Below, in pieces: positions 42,365 to 56,125 of a DNA stretch of 64,000 nucleotides; the stretch's first letter is position 1, and every line of letters starts with the position of its first letter. Where the stretch lies: positions 25,110,001 through 25,174,000 of the forward strand of contig OX597828.1 of NCBI GenBank assembly GCA_951406725.2, written 5' to 3'. This stretch comes from Octopus vulgaris (Eukaryota). A program made the translations under genes and the position numbers. Under the pieces are notes generated by a model. The model saw only the letters and a program-made list of their open reading frames with translations. It was not told where the DNA came from and searched no databases.

Positions 42365-42835
42365 AATGTGTTTCAATCATTGAACTGCGGCCCCGTAGGG
42401 GTACCACCTTGAAGGGTTTAGTCAAACAAATCCACCCTTGTACTTATTTTTGTCTTCTCTTTATTCCATCAGTTATTTTGCCAAACTGTTAAGTTACCAA
42501 CACCGGCTGTCAACAAATACGCGCTCAAGGCATTAGTTGGCCCTGGAATCATCATCATCGTTTAACGTCCGTTTTCCACGCTAGCACGGGTTGGACGGTT
42601 CGACCGGGGTCTGGGAAGCCAGGGGCCGCTCCAGGCTCCAGTCTGATCTGGCAGAGTTTCTACGGCTGGATGCCCTTCCTAACGCCAACCACTCCGCGAG
42701 TGGAGTGGGTGCTTTTTACATGCCACCCGCACAGGGGCCGGGGGGGTCCGTTGCTCAAGGTACCGCTCAGTGGGACTGAACCTGAAACCACTTGGTTGCA
42801 AAGCGAACTTCCTAACCACATCCGTGGTCTGCCTA
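42365..42835 (-). mobile_element. Diverged SINE family A interrupted by a family F element (42548-42745)
   Basis: SINE A tail on the left, head on the right, F element between. Confidence 0.7.
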
Positions 42836-43412
42836 TACATGTGTGTGTGTGCTTGTGTTCAGTTTTCATTTATTTGGCACCAATATATTTTTAACAATGT
42901 TAATCTTACACCCATCACCACAACAAACTTTAGTCGGCTGTCTTTATGGTCTCTTTCACATCTTCTTGAACTATCTAGATACACTTGGTTTTCCATGACG
43001 ACTCGGCGAGGGACCTCCTCACTGAATCTGCTACAGATAGTAGCTAAATCTTTCTCAAATCATACCCTACTGTCTTAAGAAGGAAAAAAAAAAGGGGAGA
43101 GAGAATGAACATGTTGGATACTGCGATCTTAGCTTCCCCTATATTACAAAAAAGATAAAACATAAGGGTTTGTCATTAAGAACTAACCTGAGACTAAACA
43201 TATAGCAGTAACATCTCTCCGATGTCAAGCAAACGAGGAAATGAAATCTCTTTCGATCCGCCAACAACAGTGGCCAAATGTCTATCAAACCACACATTAC
43301 TATCTTGAGAATGTAATGATACATTGCATAGTGTGAAAATAGTATTGGTTTCAAATCTTGGCACAAGGCCAGCAAGTTTGTGGGAGTGGGTAAGTTGGGT
43401 GCATCAACTGTT

Positions 43413-43814
43413 GGCGCAGGAGTGGCTGTGTGGTAAGTAGCTTGCTAACCAACCACATGGTTCCGGGTTCAGTCCCACTGCGTGGCATCTTGGGCAAGTG
43501 TCTTCTGCTATAGCCCTGGGCCGACCAATGCCTTATGAGTGGATTTGGTAGACGGAAACTGAAAGAAGCCTGTTGTATATATGTATATATGTGTATGTGT
43601 GTGTGTTTGTGTTTGTCCCCCTAGCATTGCTTGACAACCAATGCTGGTGTGTTTACGTCCCCGTCACTTAGCGGTTCGGCAAAAGAGACCAATAGAATAA
43701 GTACTGGGCTTACAAAGAATAAGTCCCGGGGTCGATTTGCTTGACTAAAGGCGGTGCTCCAGCATGGCTGCAGTCAAATGACTGAAACAAGTAAAAGAGA
43801 GAGTAAAAGAGAGT
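43413..43814 (+). mobile_element. SINE family A nested in an older family B copy (43345-43945, minus)
   Basis: Near-consensus A; B tail to the left and B head to the right. Confidence 0.85.
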
Positions 43815-44899
43815 AACTGGTATTTATTTTGTCGACCTCAGCAGAATTTGAACTCAGAATGTAAAGAACCAAAAGAAATGGTGCTAAGTTGTTTTTTTTT
43901 GTCCGACGTGCTTAACAATTTTCTGCCAATTTGTCACCTTATAATAATTAAAAGACTGAATAGTCCCGAGTGGAACAACTTCGTAGATTTGCTTGATTTA
44001 GGCTGGCCTGCTGCCTAAGCAATAATTCTTCAGTAAAGTGCTGTTCTTATATACTTTCTCGCCTAGATTTATTTTCCTTTTAATGCATCGAGTCTTACTG
44101 ATATACATATTCCCCTCCATTTCATCTGAATTCATCAAGCTATTTCAACTTTGACATATTTTCTTCCTTTCTCATAAATACCGCCAACAAACTTTTCATT
44201 TGGCTCAAGTTCATCTTCGCTTAACACATTCCGAGTTTCTTTCCTTGCATTCTTCCCTGACCAAATTATTCACGCTGACCATGTCGTAGTGTGTGTAAAA
44301 GGAAAATTTTTTTCTTTTTCTTAACTGATTCGGTCTGGAAGAAGGAGTTGTACTAATAATTTTTGCAGACCTTCTAATGCTGATGGCATTCACATTCCAT
44401 TTGATTTGTTGCAAGTTGATGGCTACAGGAAAATGTGCTGGAGAGTAGAGTTCCAGAGGGCCATTGTTTTTCTTAAAAAAAGGACAATGCAGTGTGGTTT
44501 GTGTTGGGCCTGATGGTTGAAGTAGAAACAATACATCTGGACATGACTATCTAAATTTCTATGGCTTATAATAAGGTCAGTTGGTTACTAGTTTCCATAG
44601 TGTAAACTGACCAAGATAACATTACATTGGAATAAGTTGCCAGTCCGTTGCAAGGTTACTCATTTACAACTGAATGGACAGGAGCAATGTAAAATGAAGT
44701 GTTTTGATGAAGCATATTATGCACCACCCTCTCAAGGAATTGAAACCATGGTCTTGTGATTGTGAGTACAACACTCTGACCACTACACCACTTACTTTTA
44801 CTGGACACAATATGGATAACAAGAGAAATAAAGATGAGTTATGAGTACTTGCGTGTTGATGACATAAGACCAGTCACTCTTGAGGAGCTGAGGCATCTG

Positions 44900-46250
44900 T
44901 AGTAGCAGTGAAGAAAAACAATGAAGTAGCATGTCTGTGGGTCAGAGGTTGGAAGTGCTAGATGCTAAGTGCAAAAGTATCTCCTTCCACTTGCTTGAAA
45001 TCAACCATGCCAAGTGCTCTGACTGTACCCCTTTCATTATTCTCAAACAATGCAGCTAGTGCTAGCCTTTTCCCCATCAAAATTTTCAGTACCCCTCTCT
45101 AGGGACATATTCTGATTTAGAAATTTTGGGCTGAGGAGGGACAAGCCTAAGAGGATGATTTCAGTCACCTACGAAGCCATTTTTGATGGGTCACTTTAAA
45201 AGGATGCACTACCTGGAAAAGTTAGCATAAAATTGGTAGATATCTGACCATTCAGTTGAGGAGGTGGATGTTGCATAGTATGTAGATGTATGGTGGTTAC
45301 ACTAGGTGCAGAGATGATTAATTTGGTTGAGGCAGGGTTTAGAGGTCCAAAAGTAATCAGTGGTGTTTGGAATGTCTGTTGTTATTCCAAGGACCATTGT
45401 CAGGGGTGTGTTGAAGACGAAACTAGTTGATGTTGGGAGCTGAGGCTTGTAAATGATTTGGACTCTGCTCCAGCAACATCAGTTTAGTAATGAGCATGTG
45501 ATCATCAATGCCACCAAGAAACTCGGAGATGGATGGATGTTGTGTGTTAAATGTCCTTGATGCAATTAGGGATATGGTTGAAGAGTTGTTGGTGTTTGGC
45601 AGGGTCAGTAAGATGAATTTGACAAGGTGGAAGAAGTTTGTTTTTGGAGTCCCTGATTGAAGTGGGAATCTTAATTCGTAGGGAGTGACTAATTTTTCTT
45701 TAAAACTAGTCATGCTTATTTCTAATCCCGAGTACACTGGGTAAACCCCACTTTATAAGTGGGGTTCACCCAATGGTTGGAGAACTTTGAAATGCAATGG
45801 CAAAAGTACATGCTTTTAAAAAGTGAGGGAGAGTTTTGCACCAAGTTGGAAATCTTTCTCCCTGATATCCAAGGTGAGGTGACTGCAGTGCAGAGTGGAA
45901 TCCACACTTTAGAGGGTACCGCTTTTCAGAATGAAGTTTGAGTAAAAAATGTTAACTCCAACAGATGGAATGGGCTATGTGATAGAGGTGCTGAGAAGTT
46001 TTTGTTTTGGAGAGATCTACACATATCTTCCAGATACGATGTGTTACCAAGTGGTAATGTCAGGATTTTAGGGTGGACCAGTTTTTGATACTTAGGTGAG
46101 TATATGGATGTCAGTGCGCCATAAGGTCACAATAACTCAGTGACGGGTGTCTAGTCTGAATAAATGCAACAGTGCAAACTCTACTAAACATCCATAGGCC
46201 GGTTGATATTAAATCTACTATTCAAATATTGTCATACTGTTAGCCAGTTC
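44900..46250 (-). mobile_element. Possible degraded retroelement ORF1/5' region
   Basis: Non-microsatellite, CpG-poor, broken coding-like frames; no diagnostic motif identified. Confidence 0.25.
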
Positions 46251-46769
46251 ACTGTTTTGCTTGTCACTCAGTGTTCACTTTACTGGTGTGTGTGTGTTTA
46301 AATATATATATTATATATATATTTGGTTAAGGAGAGACGGAAGATATCTAATATGTGTGTGAGTATATATATATATATATATAAAGTTGTAGATAATGGT
46401 CATGACATATTTTACCTTTATTAGAACAAATTTGGCTTACAGCTCTTTCCTGTAGTCATTACAGGTACGTTGATAATAGGTTTACTAATCCAGCCTATTT
46501 ATAAATATATATATATATATATATAAAATATATATATAGTTTCAACCAAAATATCTTCCCATGAAAGTCAGTACGATTGTTAGCTAACAACGTACTGATT
46601 CATGGAGCATTATGTGGTAAACCTTTGATAACTGTGCTGAGCATTATACTATATTTATTTGTAAATATTATAATATATTATAAAATATTATAATAATCAG
46701 GTTTTCGAGCACTAGGCCAGTGTAGAATAGATATACTATTAAATTAGTATCTAATTCTTCACTTATTAA

Positions 46770-46804
<35 letters not shown>

Positions 46805-47084
46805 CGTCTGGTTTGACTGGAACTAAGTTGGAGCGTTGTATCAAGTTCCAGTCTGATTTGTCATGGTATATATCCGTATGTATGTAGATATGTATCAATC
46901 TATCTATATAAACACACACGTGTGTGTGCTCAGGAGCGTAACGGTATCTTTTATGTTCCATGTAAAAACTATGTCAGCAAGCCCATCCATGTTCTAAAAA
47001 AAAATATACTGCTTGACTGTGTCAAGGCAATAAGTTTCCTTTTCTATTTTATTTACGACACGGTTGCATGTTACCAGATGCACA

Positions 47085-47471
47085 CACACACATATATATT
47101 TATATATATATATATACATACACATATATATATATACACACATATATATATATACACATATATATATATATACACATATATATATATACACACATATATA
47201 TATATACACACATATATATACACACACATATATATACACACACATATATATATACACACATATATATATACACATATATATATACACACAAATATATATA
47301 CACATATATACACACACATATATATATACACACATATATATATACACATATATATATACACACACATATATATATACACACATATATATATACACACATA
47401 CATATATATACACACACATATATATATATACACACATATATATATACACACATATATATATATATATATAT

Positions 47472-47558
<87 letters not shown>

Positions 47559-47617
47559 TATATACACATATATATATACATATATATATATACATACATA
47601 TACATATACATATATAT
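47085..47617. repeat. (TA)n(CA)n compound array
   Basis: Direct reading. Confidence 0.92.
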
Positions 47618-48192
47618 AGTGTCGTGTTATCATGTGTGTGTGTGAGAGAGAAAGAGAGATACACACTTTGCCTACTTAATCCTTGGATTAAAAGATAAAT
47701 AAACAGTCGTATTTATTTTTACAAGTTTCTTTGTAGGTTTTGGTTTTTCGTTTGAACTTATTTATGCTTTATAATTTTCATATACTTTTCTCTCATTATT
47801 TTCCTTTTGTTATGTAATAAATAGGGGGGTGTTCTGCCATACACTGTGATTTTACACTTGCAGGGATGTATGTATAGGGATCAGCATGTATTAATATAGG
47901 GGGGGGGCGCATTAAGAAGCAGCAGAGATGAGATAACAAGATGACGACAGTGAATAAAAATAATAATAATAATTGAAACATTCAACCTTATCCCATGCCG
48001 CCACCAGCAACAGCAATTTTGTTGAAGCTGCTACTACATTGACCTGAATACGTCCATTATGTATAATACGTAGGTGTGTGTGTATGTGTGTGATTACTTG
48101 GACACAACAGGGTGTTTGTTTTGTACGTGTTTTGTTTAAGTGATTGATTGGTTTCAAACAGCTTTTCTCCTCTCTCCCACTTCACAGTTTTA

Positions 48193-48611
48193 GGCAATCT
48201 TTCGTCTCTAGTAGACCTTTCCGTCGATTTCCGTAAAATTTTTTTTTTTACATATGGGCTTGCGGGAACTTTTGAAGTAATGAGAGCGAAAGAGACTAAG
48301 AGAAAGCGATTGTATGACGAGGGAAGTTCTTTTGAAGTTACCGTGCATGGGAAGCATTAATGTACATGTGTGTGTGTGTTTGATGGGGTGTGGGAGACAG
48401 ACAGTATGTTGTGTAAGTGAAGTGCTTCTGTTAGTGTGTGTGAAGAGACAGAGAGAGTAATGTGTGAAAGAAAGAGATAACTGAAATTTTTTACTCGGTG
48501 TATGTGTATATGTATGTATATTACTTCAAAAGTTCCCGCAAGCCCATATGTAAAAAAAAAAAAAAATTTTACGGAAATCGACGGAAAGGTCTACTAGAGA
48601 CGAAAGATCGC
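48193..48611. mobile_element. MITE, ~85-90 bp TIRs (copy 1)
   Basis: ATCTTTCGTCTCTAGTAGACCTTTCCGTCGATTTCCG..GAAGTAAT with reverse complement at the right end. Confidence 0.9.
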
Positions 48612-50140
48612 AAAAAAAAAAAACTTTCTAAAGTTTATGTGTTACTTTGAACTGCAAGGAATTAAAAAAAGTATGTCAATGAACTTTCGTTGTGTACGGT
48701 ACAAGACCAAATTCTACCATCTCCACATTTTTACTGATTGGCGGGGAAGCATTAAATAACATTGACTATTATACTGTATATTTTAATGGCACTAAGCATT
48801 AATAAAGAAGATAGTAAATTAGGTTCTACGATCCATTCCTCTATGCGTATGTATGCAATTAATTAAACAATACTCGTTCGCCTGCTGTATATAAATTTTC
48901 AACTGCCATAAATTTACAAGCTGACACCAAATTTGATCCCAAGGAATGCGTGTGTTAGTGTATATATATATACACCACAACAGACATAGGTGCCTTGGAG
49001 AAGAAAAGCGAGTGTATGCAGAATGAAAGGTAAAATAACATCATCTAAGAATTGATTAGTAATTATCAAATAATAATTAAAGGGTGAGTGTGTGTGTATG
49101 GAGGCCGGTAGACTTTTATTATCTGCGGCTTCCTCTCCGCAGTTGAAGAAAGCCTTTGAAATGATTTCCAGAGGATAATATCAGTATGTAAAAAATGGAC
49201 TATATATATATATATTATATGAAGATATTGATATATAATTGTGTGTGTATATATATTGTGGTGGATCAGCAACTTTTGAAGAATCTAACGATAGTCCGCG
49301 TTGGTAAATATAGGTACAAGAAGTCCGTGAAGTGGAATAAATTATTTGCTTTGAGGCTTTAGCGTTTAGGGCAACATCACTGTATATCTATCTATCTATC
49401 TATCTATATATTTTATTATATATATATATATATATTATATATATACTAGTTGACACCTCACCTTCAATATATGTTCTGTCTGAAAAAGAAACAATGTTTC
49501 TCTCTCTCTGTTCCATGAAGCCAAATTATAGTTAAATGGATTTCGGGAGAGGAAATTATCAGACATTCTTGCCAAGATGTGGAATAAGTGACTCCAAGGA
49601 CCCAATCTTCAGCAATGCGACTAGTGATAGCATCTACCTGGTGGTCGCTCGGCCTGCTAAAAATAGCAGCCACATTACTCTCAAATCACGTGCTATCGTC
49701 TTTAAAAAAAAAAAAAGGTAAGACATATATTTGAGTGGATAATATTGTCTAAAAAGATGAGATAGTCATGGCCCACTATACGTTTAATAATAGGTCCGAT
49801 CGAACAGGGCTGGCATGGAGCTAAACTGCAGAACAGAAGACAGACGCATACACGAAGATTTGAACTGATGTGTGTGACACACTTTGGAATGTTTGACTCA
49901 ATTCCCCCGATTTTTTCTTTCGGTTTGTTTGAAAGAAAAACTACGTGACGTGTTTAACCCAGTTTATGTCGGTTGTCAACTTTCATCTAGAGATGCTCAT
50001 TCAACCAATTTTTAGAATATCTTCTTACAATAATAAATTACTTATAGATACGAAAACTTAGATTTATAAGGGATTAGAGTATTTATGTGCTGAGGTTCTG
50101 GGTTTCTTTATCTTTCAAAGGCATTGAAAGAAGGTTTGAA

Positions 50141-50622
50141 GTGAAAATTCATCAAAGATATAGATAAGCCTTTTCCCCATAACAATGCTAGCCAAACGAA
50201 GTAACCCCTACTTGGCGATCTCTCACTCGATATGCTAGAAATAGCAACCACATGCTTCCTCAAAACAAACGACTTTTGTTAAAAGTCTCAATAAGAATTA
50301 CGTGAAAATTCATCAAAGATATATATAAGACTTTTCCCCCATAACAATGCTAGCCAAACGAAGTAACCCCTACTTGGCAATCACTTTCTTCACTCGATAT
50401 GCTAGAAATAGCAACCACATTCTTCCTCAAAACAAACGACTTTTGGTTAAAAGTCTCAATAAGAATTAGGTGAAAATTCATCAAAGATATATATAAGCCT
50501 TTCCCCATAACAATGCTAGCCAAACGAAGTAACCCTTACTTTCTTCACTCGATATGCTAGAAATAGCAACCACATTCTTCCTCAAAACAAACGACTTTCG
50601 TTAAAAGTCTCAATAAGAATTA
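50141..50622. repeat. Tandem triplication of a ~155-170 bp unit
   Basis: GTGAAAATTCATCAAAGATAT.. starts at about 50141, 50302 and 50470. Confidence 0.92.
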
Positions 50623-50915
50623 GAACTAACCGGAAACTAAACAATCAGTACGTAATTTTGCGACAGTGTTCTGTCTGTTTAATCACCACCACCCAGTGCT
50701 TGTTCTATTCCCATAAATACTGTTATGTTTATAAACTAATCTGTTGGTATATATATAGTATATGCTGGTTGGGTTACTGCGTTGTTTTTGTCAAGCGGGT
50801 TTGTGCATGTGTGTACCTATGTATGTGTATGCACGCGTGCCAGATTGTTAATTTTAATATGAAGGATTGAAAATTAAAAAAATAAAAATGAAAAACTGAT
50901 GTGTAGTTTTCGATA

Positions 50916-51342
50916 TTGGGCAATCTTTCGTCTCTAGTAGACCTTTCCGTCGATTTCCGTAAAATTTTTTTTTTTTTTTTACATATGGGCTTGCGGGAAC
51001 TTTTGAAGTAATGAGAGCGAAAGAGACTAAGAGAAAGCGATTGTATGACGAGGGAAGTTCTTTTGAAGTTACCGTGCATGGGAAGCATTGATGTACATGT
51101 GTGTGTGTGTTTGATGGGGTGTGGGAGACAGACAGTATGTTGTGTAAGTGAAGTGCTTCTGTTAGTGTGTGTGAAGAGACAGAGAGTAATGTGTGAAAGA
51201 GATAACTGAAATTTTTTACTCGGTGTATGTGTATATGTATGTATATTACTTCAAAAGTTCCCGCAAGCCCATATGTAAAAAAAATAAAAAAATTTTAACG
51301 GAAATCGACGGAAAGGTCTACTAGAGACGAAAGATCGCCCGA
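50916..51342. mobile_element. MITE copy 2, TA-flanked (Tc1/mariner-type)
   Basis: TA|TTGGGCAATC..GATCGCCCGA|TA; near-identical to 48193-48611. Confidence 0.9.
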
Positions 51343-53481
51343 TAGGCAATATTGAAATAGAGATATGTTATTAGCAGGAACATGAAATAGCGGTCTTTTT
51401 TTTTTTTTTACTACAATAATAAATTACGATAGATCTTTATAGGAATATAAGCCTCCATTCATCTTCGATAATATATATAACCTGCATTAACAATATAGGC
51501 AAAAATCTAGGTACGTTTAGACAATAACTGAATATTAAATACGTCGACTTCCATTGTTGGTTACGATTTTTTTTTTTAATTTAACGATAATCTGTTTTCT
51601 GGCGTAAACTGATTTTCGTCGGGGTTACTCAAATTTCGTAAAGTCACGAAGTGTATGTATAGCATGTGTATATATGTATGTATATAAGATATATATGTAT
51701 AGTCCTTATGGAAGTCGAAAAGTCATCTTACGGAATATTTCTTCTCAATTTTGAAATTGAATGAACTGGATGGAATGCCATTGCTTTGCTTTAAAGATGT
51801 GGCAAAAGGAAAGATAATGAAAACCTCCTGGCCGTAAATGAAATTTGCACGTTAGGGCTTGTTGGTTGGATGTTATCTCGCCAAGTTTCATAATATACTC
51901 CGATTTGTATTCCTCTCGCCTTTGATTGAATAATACCAGACAGACACGACTGTTTGTCACAACCCAAACTGTTAAAAATAAAAGGCATATGGAACAAAAA
52001 AAAAAAAGCAAGCTCAAGCAAATAAGGTGGAGAAGATTTACGAGACAAATTTAGTAGACGTATGTATTTTATGGGTGTAATTTGAAGCCCTAGCATTTAT
52101 ATATACTATATGTATTGTTGATGATGTCTGTTGTGTGTATTGTAGTGTAGTGGTGGTATGGTGTGTTGTCTAGTTGATGATTGGTGAAGGTTGTCAGGAC
52201 AAGTCGTCGTAAACTTGGTTTTGCTGAAGCAAGCCCGCCTACAAAGGTGGTCACCAAGTAAAGGGAAGGATCTACGTTCGTCTCAGTCTTTTAAAAAGTT
52301 GTTACAAAAGCATAAGAGGAAATACTGCTATTAGCAGAGCAGACATTGGAGGGAGTTTTTAGATCGACAACATTTACCAAAAATGCTACAGCGGATTCTT
52401 GTTAATCATGCATCGTCTTCAACCCTTGGTTTTTTTTTCTTTCTCCCCCACTGTGTCGTTTATTTTTAACCCATTCATTTTATTCGTATGCATGTCTGTT
52501 TCATTCATGATTTTATAGAAACAAACATCACCAAACATTCTCGTTTGATCAGTTGTTACTGTCCGATATATTCCCCCAAACTTTCGCCCATCCTTTTTTC
52601 CGAAAGTAAATGTAGGGATGATGAATGAAGTGTCAGTCTATTTTCAATTCTTATGTTCCCTCCTTCCCTGATATCACACTTTTATCATTTCGTTTCCTTT
52701 CAACAGTGTAGACGAATAAATTATCATAACTCTCCCCTTCCAAATTACCAAAGTAAACAAATATGACGCACACGTATGTAATGAATACCATTTATTAATC
52801 ACCAACGTCACAATTTTCCCGTTTTCTCCTCCCCCAAACGGTGAATGAAATAGTTAAATTTAGGTTTGATGAATAAATCTGCGACACTAAAATACATGTC
52901 ATCTTTCATATAAAGTCATTAAACAAATAATATTTTGAGCTGAATATTAGCTAACATTACATGTTGCTGTACACAATGGCAACAGTTTATATAATAGAAT
53001 TACACATATGTGAAAGTAGAATATCCTCTCTTTTCAATATCTAAAACCGATGAAACAAATTAAAACCAATTAAATCAGTAATTTATTGAATTTTCGCGTG
53101 ACTTTTTCCCCCTGGATTCTCTTAAGCATTTGTGGCTTCTTAACCTTATCAGAAATCAACATCGTGATTATTAATTATTGCTGTTGCACATAGCTACTGA
53201 AGAAGTTTGTGTTCACCAGACTAACGCTAGCCCGAATTTAAAAAGCAGTGGGGTCACCCTATCGGATGCCCCTGGTGCGGCCCTCCTACACCAGAATTCG
53301 TTCGTTTAATCTCAGTCTGTGCCGTATTTTAGATAATACAGTCTGTTCGAGCGGCATTGGACTTACATAATAGCTACAGCAGCGGTCATGAATTGAATAA
53401 ATAAAATCAGTCTGGAGACTTAAGCAAATCATAAGTTACGACGCCAAATGTTTTCACCTGTAAAAAAAAAAAAAACAGGTA

Positions 53482-53996
53482 CCGTAAATCCTCGAGTATA
53501 ATCCGCATTTCCCCCCCCCAAAAAAAAATTTAAAGGTCAAAATCCCTAGTGCGTACGAGCTTAAAAATGAAAATTATTTTCTAAGCAATGTCCGAGTCTC
53601 TATCTGCAGTCCGGCAATGTTTATTCAGAAGCATTTTGTGATGTCGAGCGCGAAAATACCTTAAGCTAAGTCTGAAAGCAAAGAAGTCATAAAAGAATCA
53701 TCCATAACTTGCAGTAAGCAACATTTACTAAACGTTATTACTGTTATTTCTTTATTTTCTGCAAACAAAATGCACAAAAAAAGCTACACGTTTGCATTAT
53801 GTTATATATACAATAATAATAAAGGACGTTACCGTATACATTTTTACAAACCAAGGACATTATATAGACCTCCTTGACTCAAGTTAGAGAAGAGGTGCGT
53901 ATTATACACAAGGTTTAGGTTTTTTTAGAGATACAGCCCCCTAAAAATCCCCTGCGTATTTATACTCAAAGGCGGACTATACTCGAGGATTTACAG
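53482..53996. mobile_element. pogo/Tigger-type MITE
   Basis: TA|CCGTAAATCCTCGAGTATAATCCGC..GCGGACTATACTCGAGGATTTACAG|TA. Confidence 0.88.
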
Positions 53997-54294
53997 TAAA
54001 TCTGTCTATAAATAACTTCTTGGCGGAGTGGTTAGGTCTGCTACAGCTGTAGGATTAATTAAATTAATGTTTTACAATATTTGGTTTTCGTTCTCTTGCA
54101 TTCAAATCCCTCTAGAGTAAAATTTCCTTTTTCTACTCCTTTGGAGGCAGATTTCACCCTCTGGACCTGCCTCCAGAAGTTCAAATCATGTACACCGAAG
54201 TACGTATAACCCTGTAAGATTCATCTTTAAAAATTGTGACATTGTACCAAGGTGAAATCTTACTATTGTTACATCTATTATTATTATTATTTAA

Positions 54295-55108
54295 GGCGGC
54301 GAGCTGGCAGAAACGTTAGCACGCCGGGCAAAATGCTTAGCCGTATTTTGTCTGCCGTTACGTTCTGAGTTCAAATTCCGCCGCGATCGACTTTGCCTTT
54401 CATCCTTTCGGGGTCAATTAAATAAGTACCAGTTACGCAACTGGGGTCGATATAATCGACTTAATCCGTTTGTCTGTCCTTGTTTGTCCCCTCTGTGTTT
54501 AGCCCCTTGTGGGTAATAAAGAAATAGGTATTTCGTCTGCTGCTACGTTCTGAGTTCAAATTCTGCCAAGGTCGACTTTGCCTTTCATCCTTTTGGGATT
54601 GATTAAATAAGTACCAGTACGCACTGGGGTCGATATAATCGACTTAATCTGTTTGTCCTCTCTGTGTTTAGCCCCTTGTGGGTAGTAAAGAAATAGATAT
54701 TTCGTCTGCCGCTACGTTCTGAGTTCAAATTCCGCTGAGGTCGACTTTGCCTTTCATCCTTTTGGGGTTGATAAATTAAGTACCAGTGAAACACTGAGGT
54801 TGATGTAATCAACTAATCCCCTCCCTGCAAATTTCAGGCCTTGTGCTTTTTATTAGAAAGGATTATTATTATTATTTAAGGTGGCGAGCTGGCAAAGTCA
54901 TTTGTGCACTATACGACATGCTTAGCAGTATTTTACTCGTAACTGCGTTCTGAGTTCAAGTTCTGCCAAGGTCGGCTTTGCCTTTCATCCTTTCGGGGTC
55001 GATAAATTAAGTGCCATTGAAACACCAGGGTCAATATAATTGACTAGTCCCCTCCCCCTAAAATTTCAGGCCTTCTGCCTATAATAAAGGATTATTATTA
55101 TTATTATT
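54295..55108 (+). mobile_element. Tandem array of four SINE family B units
   Basis: Units at about 54295, 54527, 54697 and 54879; both tail types present. Confidence 0.88.
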
Positions 55109-55118
55109 GTCTTCCAAG

Positions 55119-55195
55119 CTAGAGGAATTTAAGACTGGCTGCTCTTGGGAGCTCCTCTACGCTAATGACCTTGTTCTTATCGCTGAATCACTACC
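55119..55195 (+). mobile_element. RTE reverse transcriptase micro-fragment
   Basis: EEFKTGCSWELLYANDLVLIAESL (mutated YADD box). Confidence 0.7.
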
Positions 55196-55755
55196 AAAAA
55201 TGGTTTACTTTCAACATTTTTGACAAAATTTCGTATCTTAGAAGTTATTTCTGTTAAAGTTGTCGTATTTGGGTAATTTTAACCAATCAGCAATGTGTAT
55301 TCAGCTAAAGAAACCTACTGCTGTTTGCGATAGTAATCGAAGAGCAACATATATAACCAGGGCTGTAGAGAAAGGTCCATGGTTACCTGGTCAGAGAGAG
55401 AGAGAGAGAATCAAGAATGTGGATAGAATCAGGCCTGTCGATGTAGAGGTGATACATGGTTACCCAGCTAGAAGGAAGCGCAAGAGAAGGAGAGAGAGAG
55501 AATAGGAGAGATGGTGGCGAAGTGCCGGAGCATACTCACAAGGAATGGGGATCAGAATATAAACAGGATGGTAGAGTAGAACAAGAGAGAGAGAGAGAGA
55601 GAGGAGGGCAAAGTGCCTGGGCATACCCTCAAGGTACAGGGGCCATAATATAAATGGCAAGGGATTACAGAGGAGTATTAGTAGGGAGTAGAGACTTCAT
55701 ATGAATACAAAGAGTGTGGTGTGGGGAATGCAGTGACTGGTGAAACCTGAGTATA

Positions 55756-56125
55756 GGTGTAAGAGTGACTGTGTGGTAATAGCTTGCTTACCAACCACAT
55801 GGTTCCGGGTTCAATCCCACTGTGTGACATCTTGGGCAAGTGTCTTCTACTATAGCCACGGGCTAAACAAAGCCTTGTGAGTGGATTTGGTAGACAGAAA
55901 CTGGAATAAGCCCATTGTATATATATGTGTGTGTGTCTGTCCCCCCAACATTGCTTGACAACCGATGCTGGTGTGTTTGCGTCCCTGTAACATTAGTGGT
56001 TTAGCAAAAGAGACCAATAGAATAAGTACCAGGCTTACAAAGAATAAGTCCTGGGATTGATTTGCTCAACTAAAGGCGGTGCTCCAGCATGGCCGTAGTC
56101 AAAAGACTGAAACTTGTAAAAGAGT
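55756..56125 (+). mobile_element. SINE family A (CpG-decayed)
   Basis: Full length. Confidence 0.88.

Noticed and set aside
55340-55740. Penelope RT remnant
   Set aside because: Only faint similarity; too degraded to support
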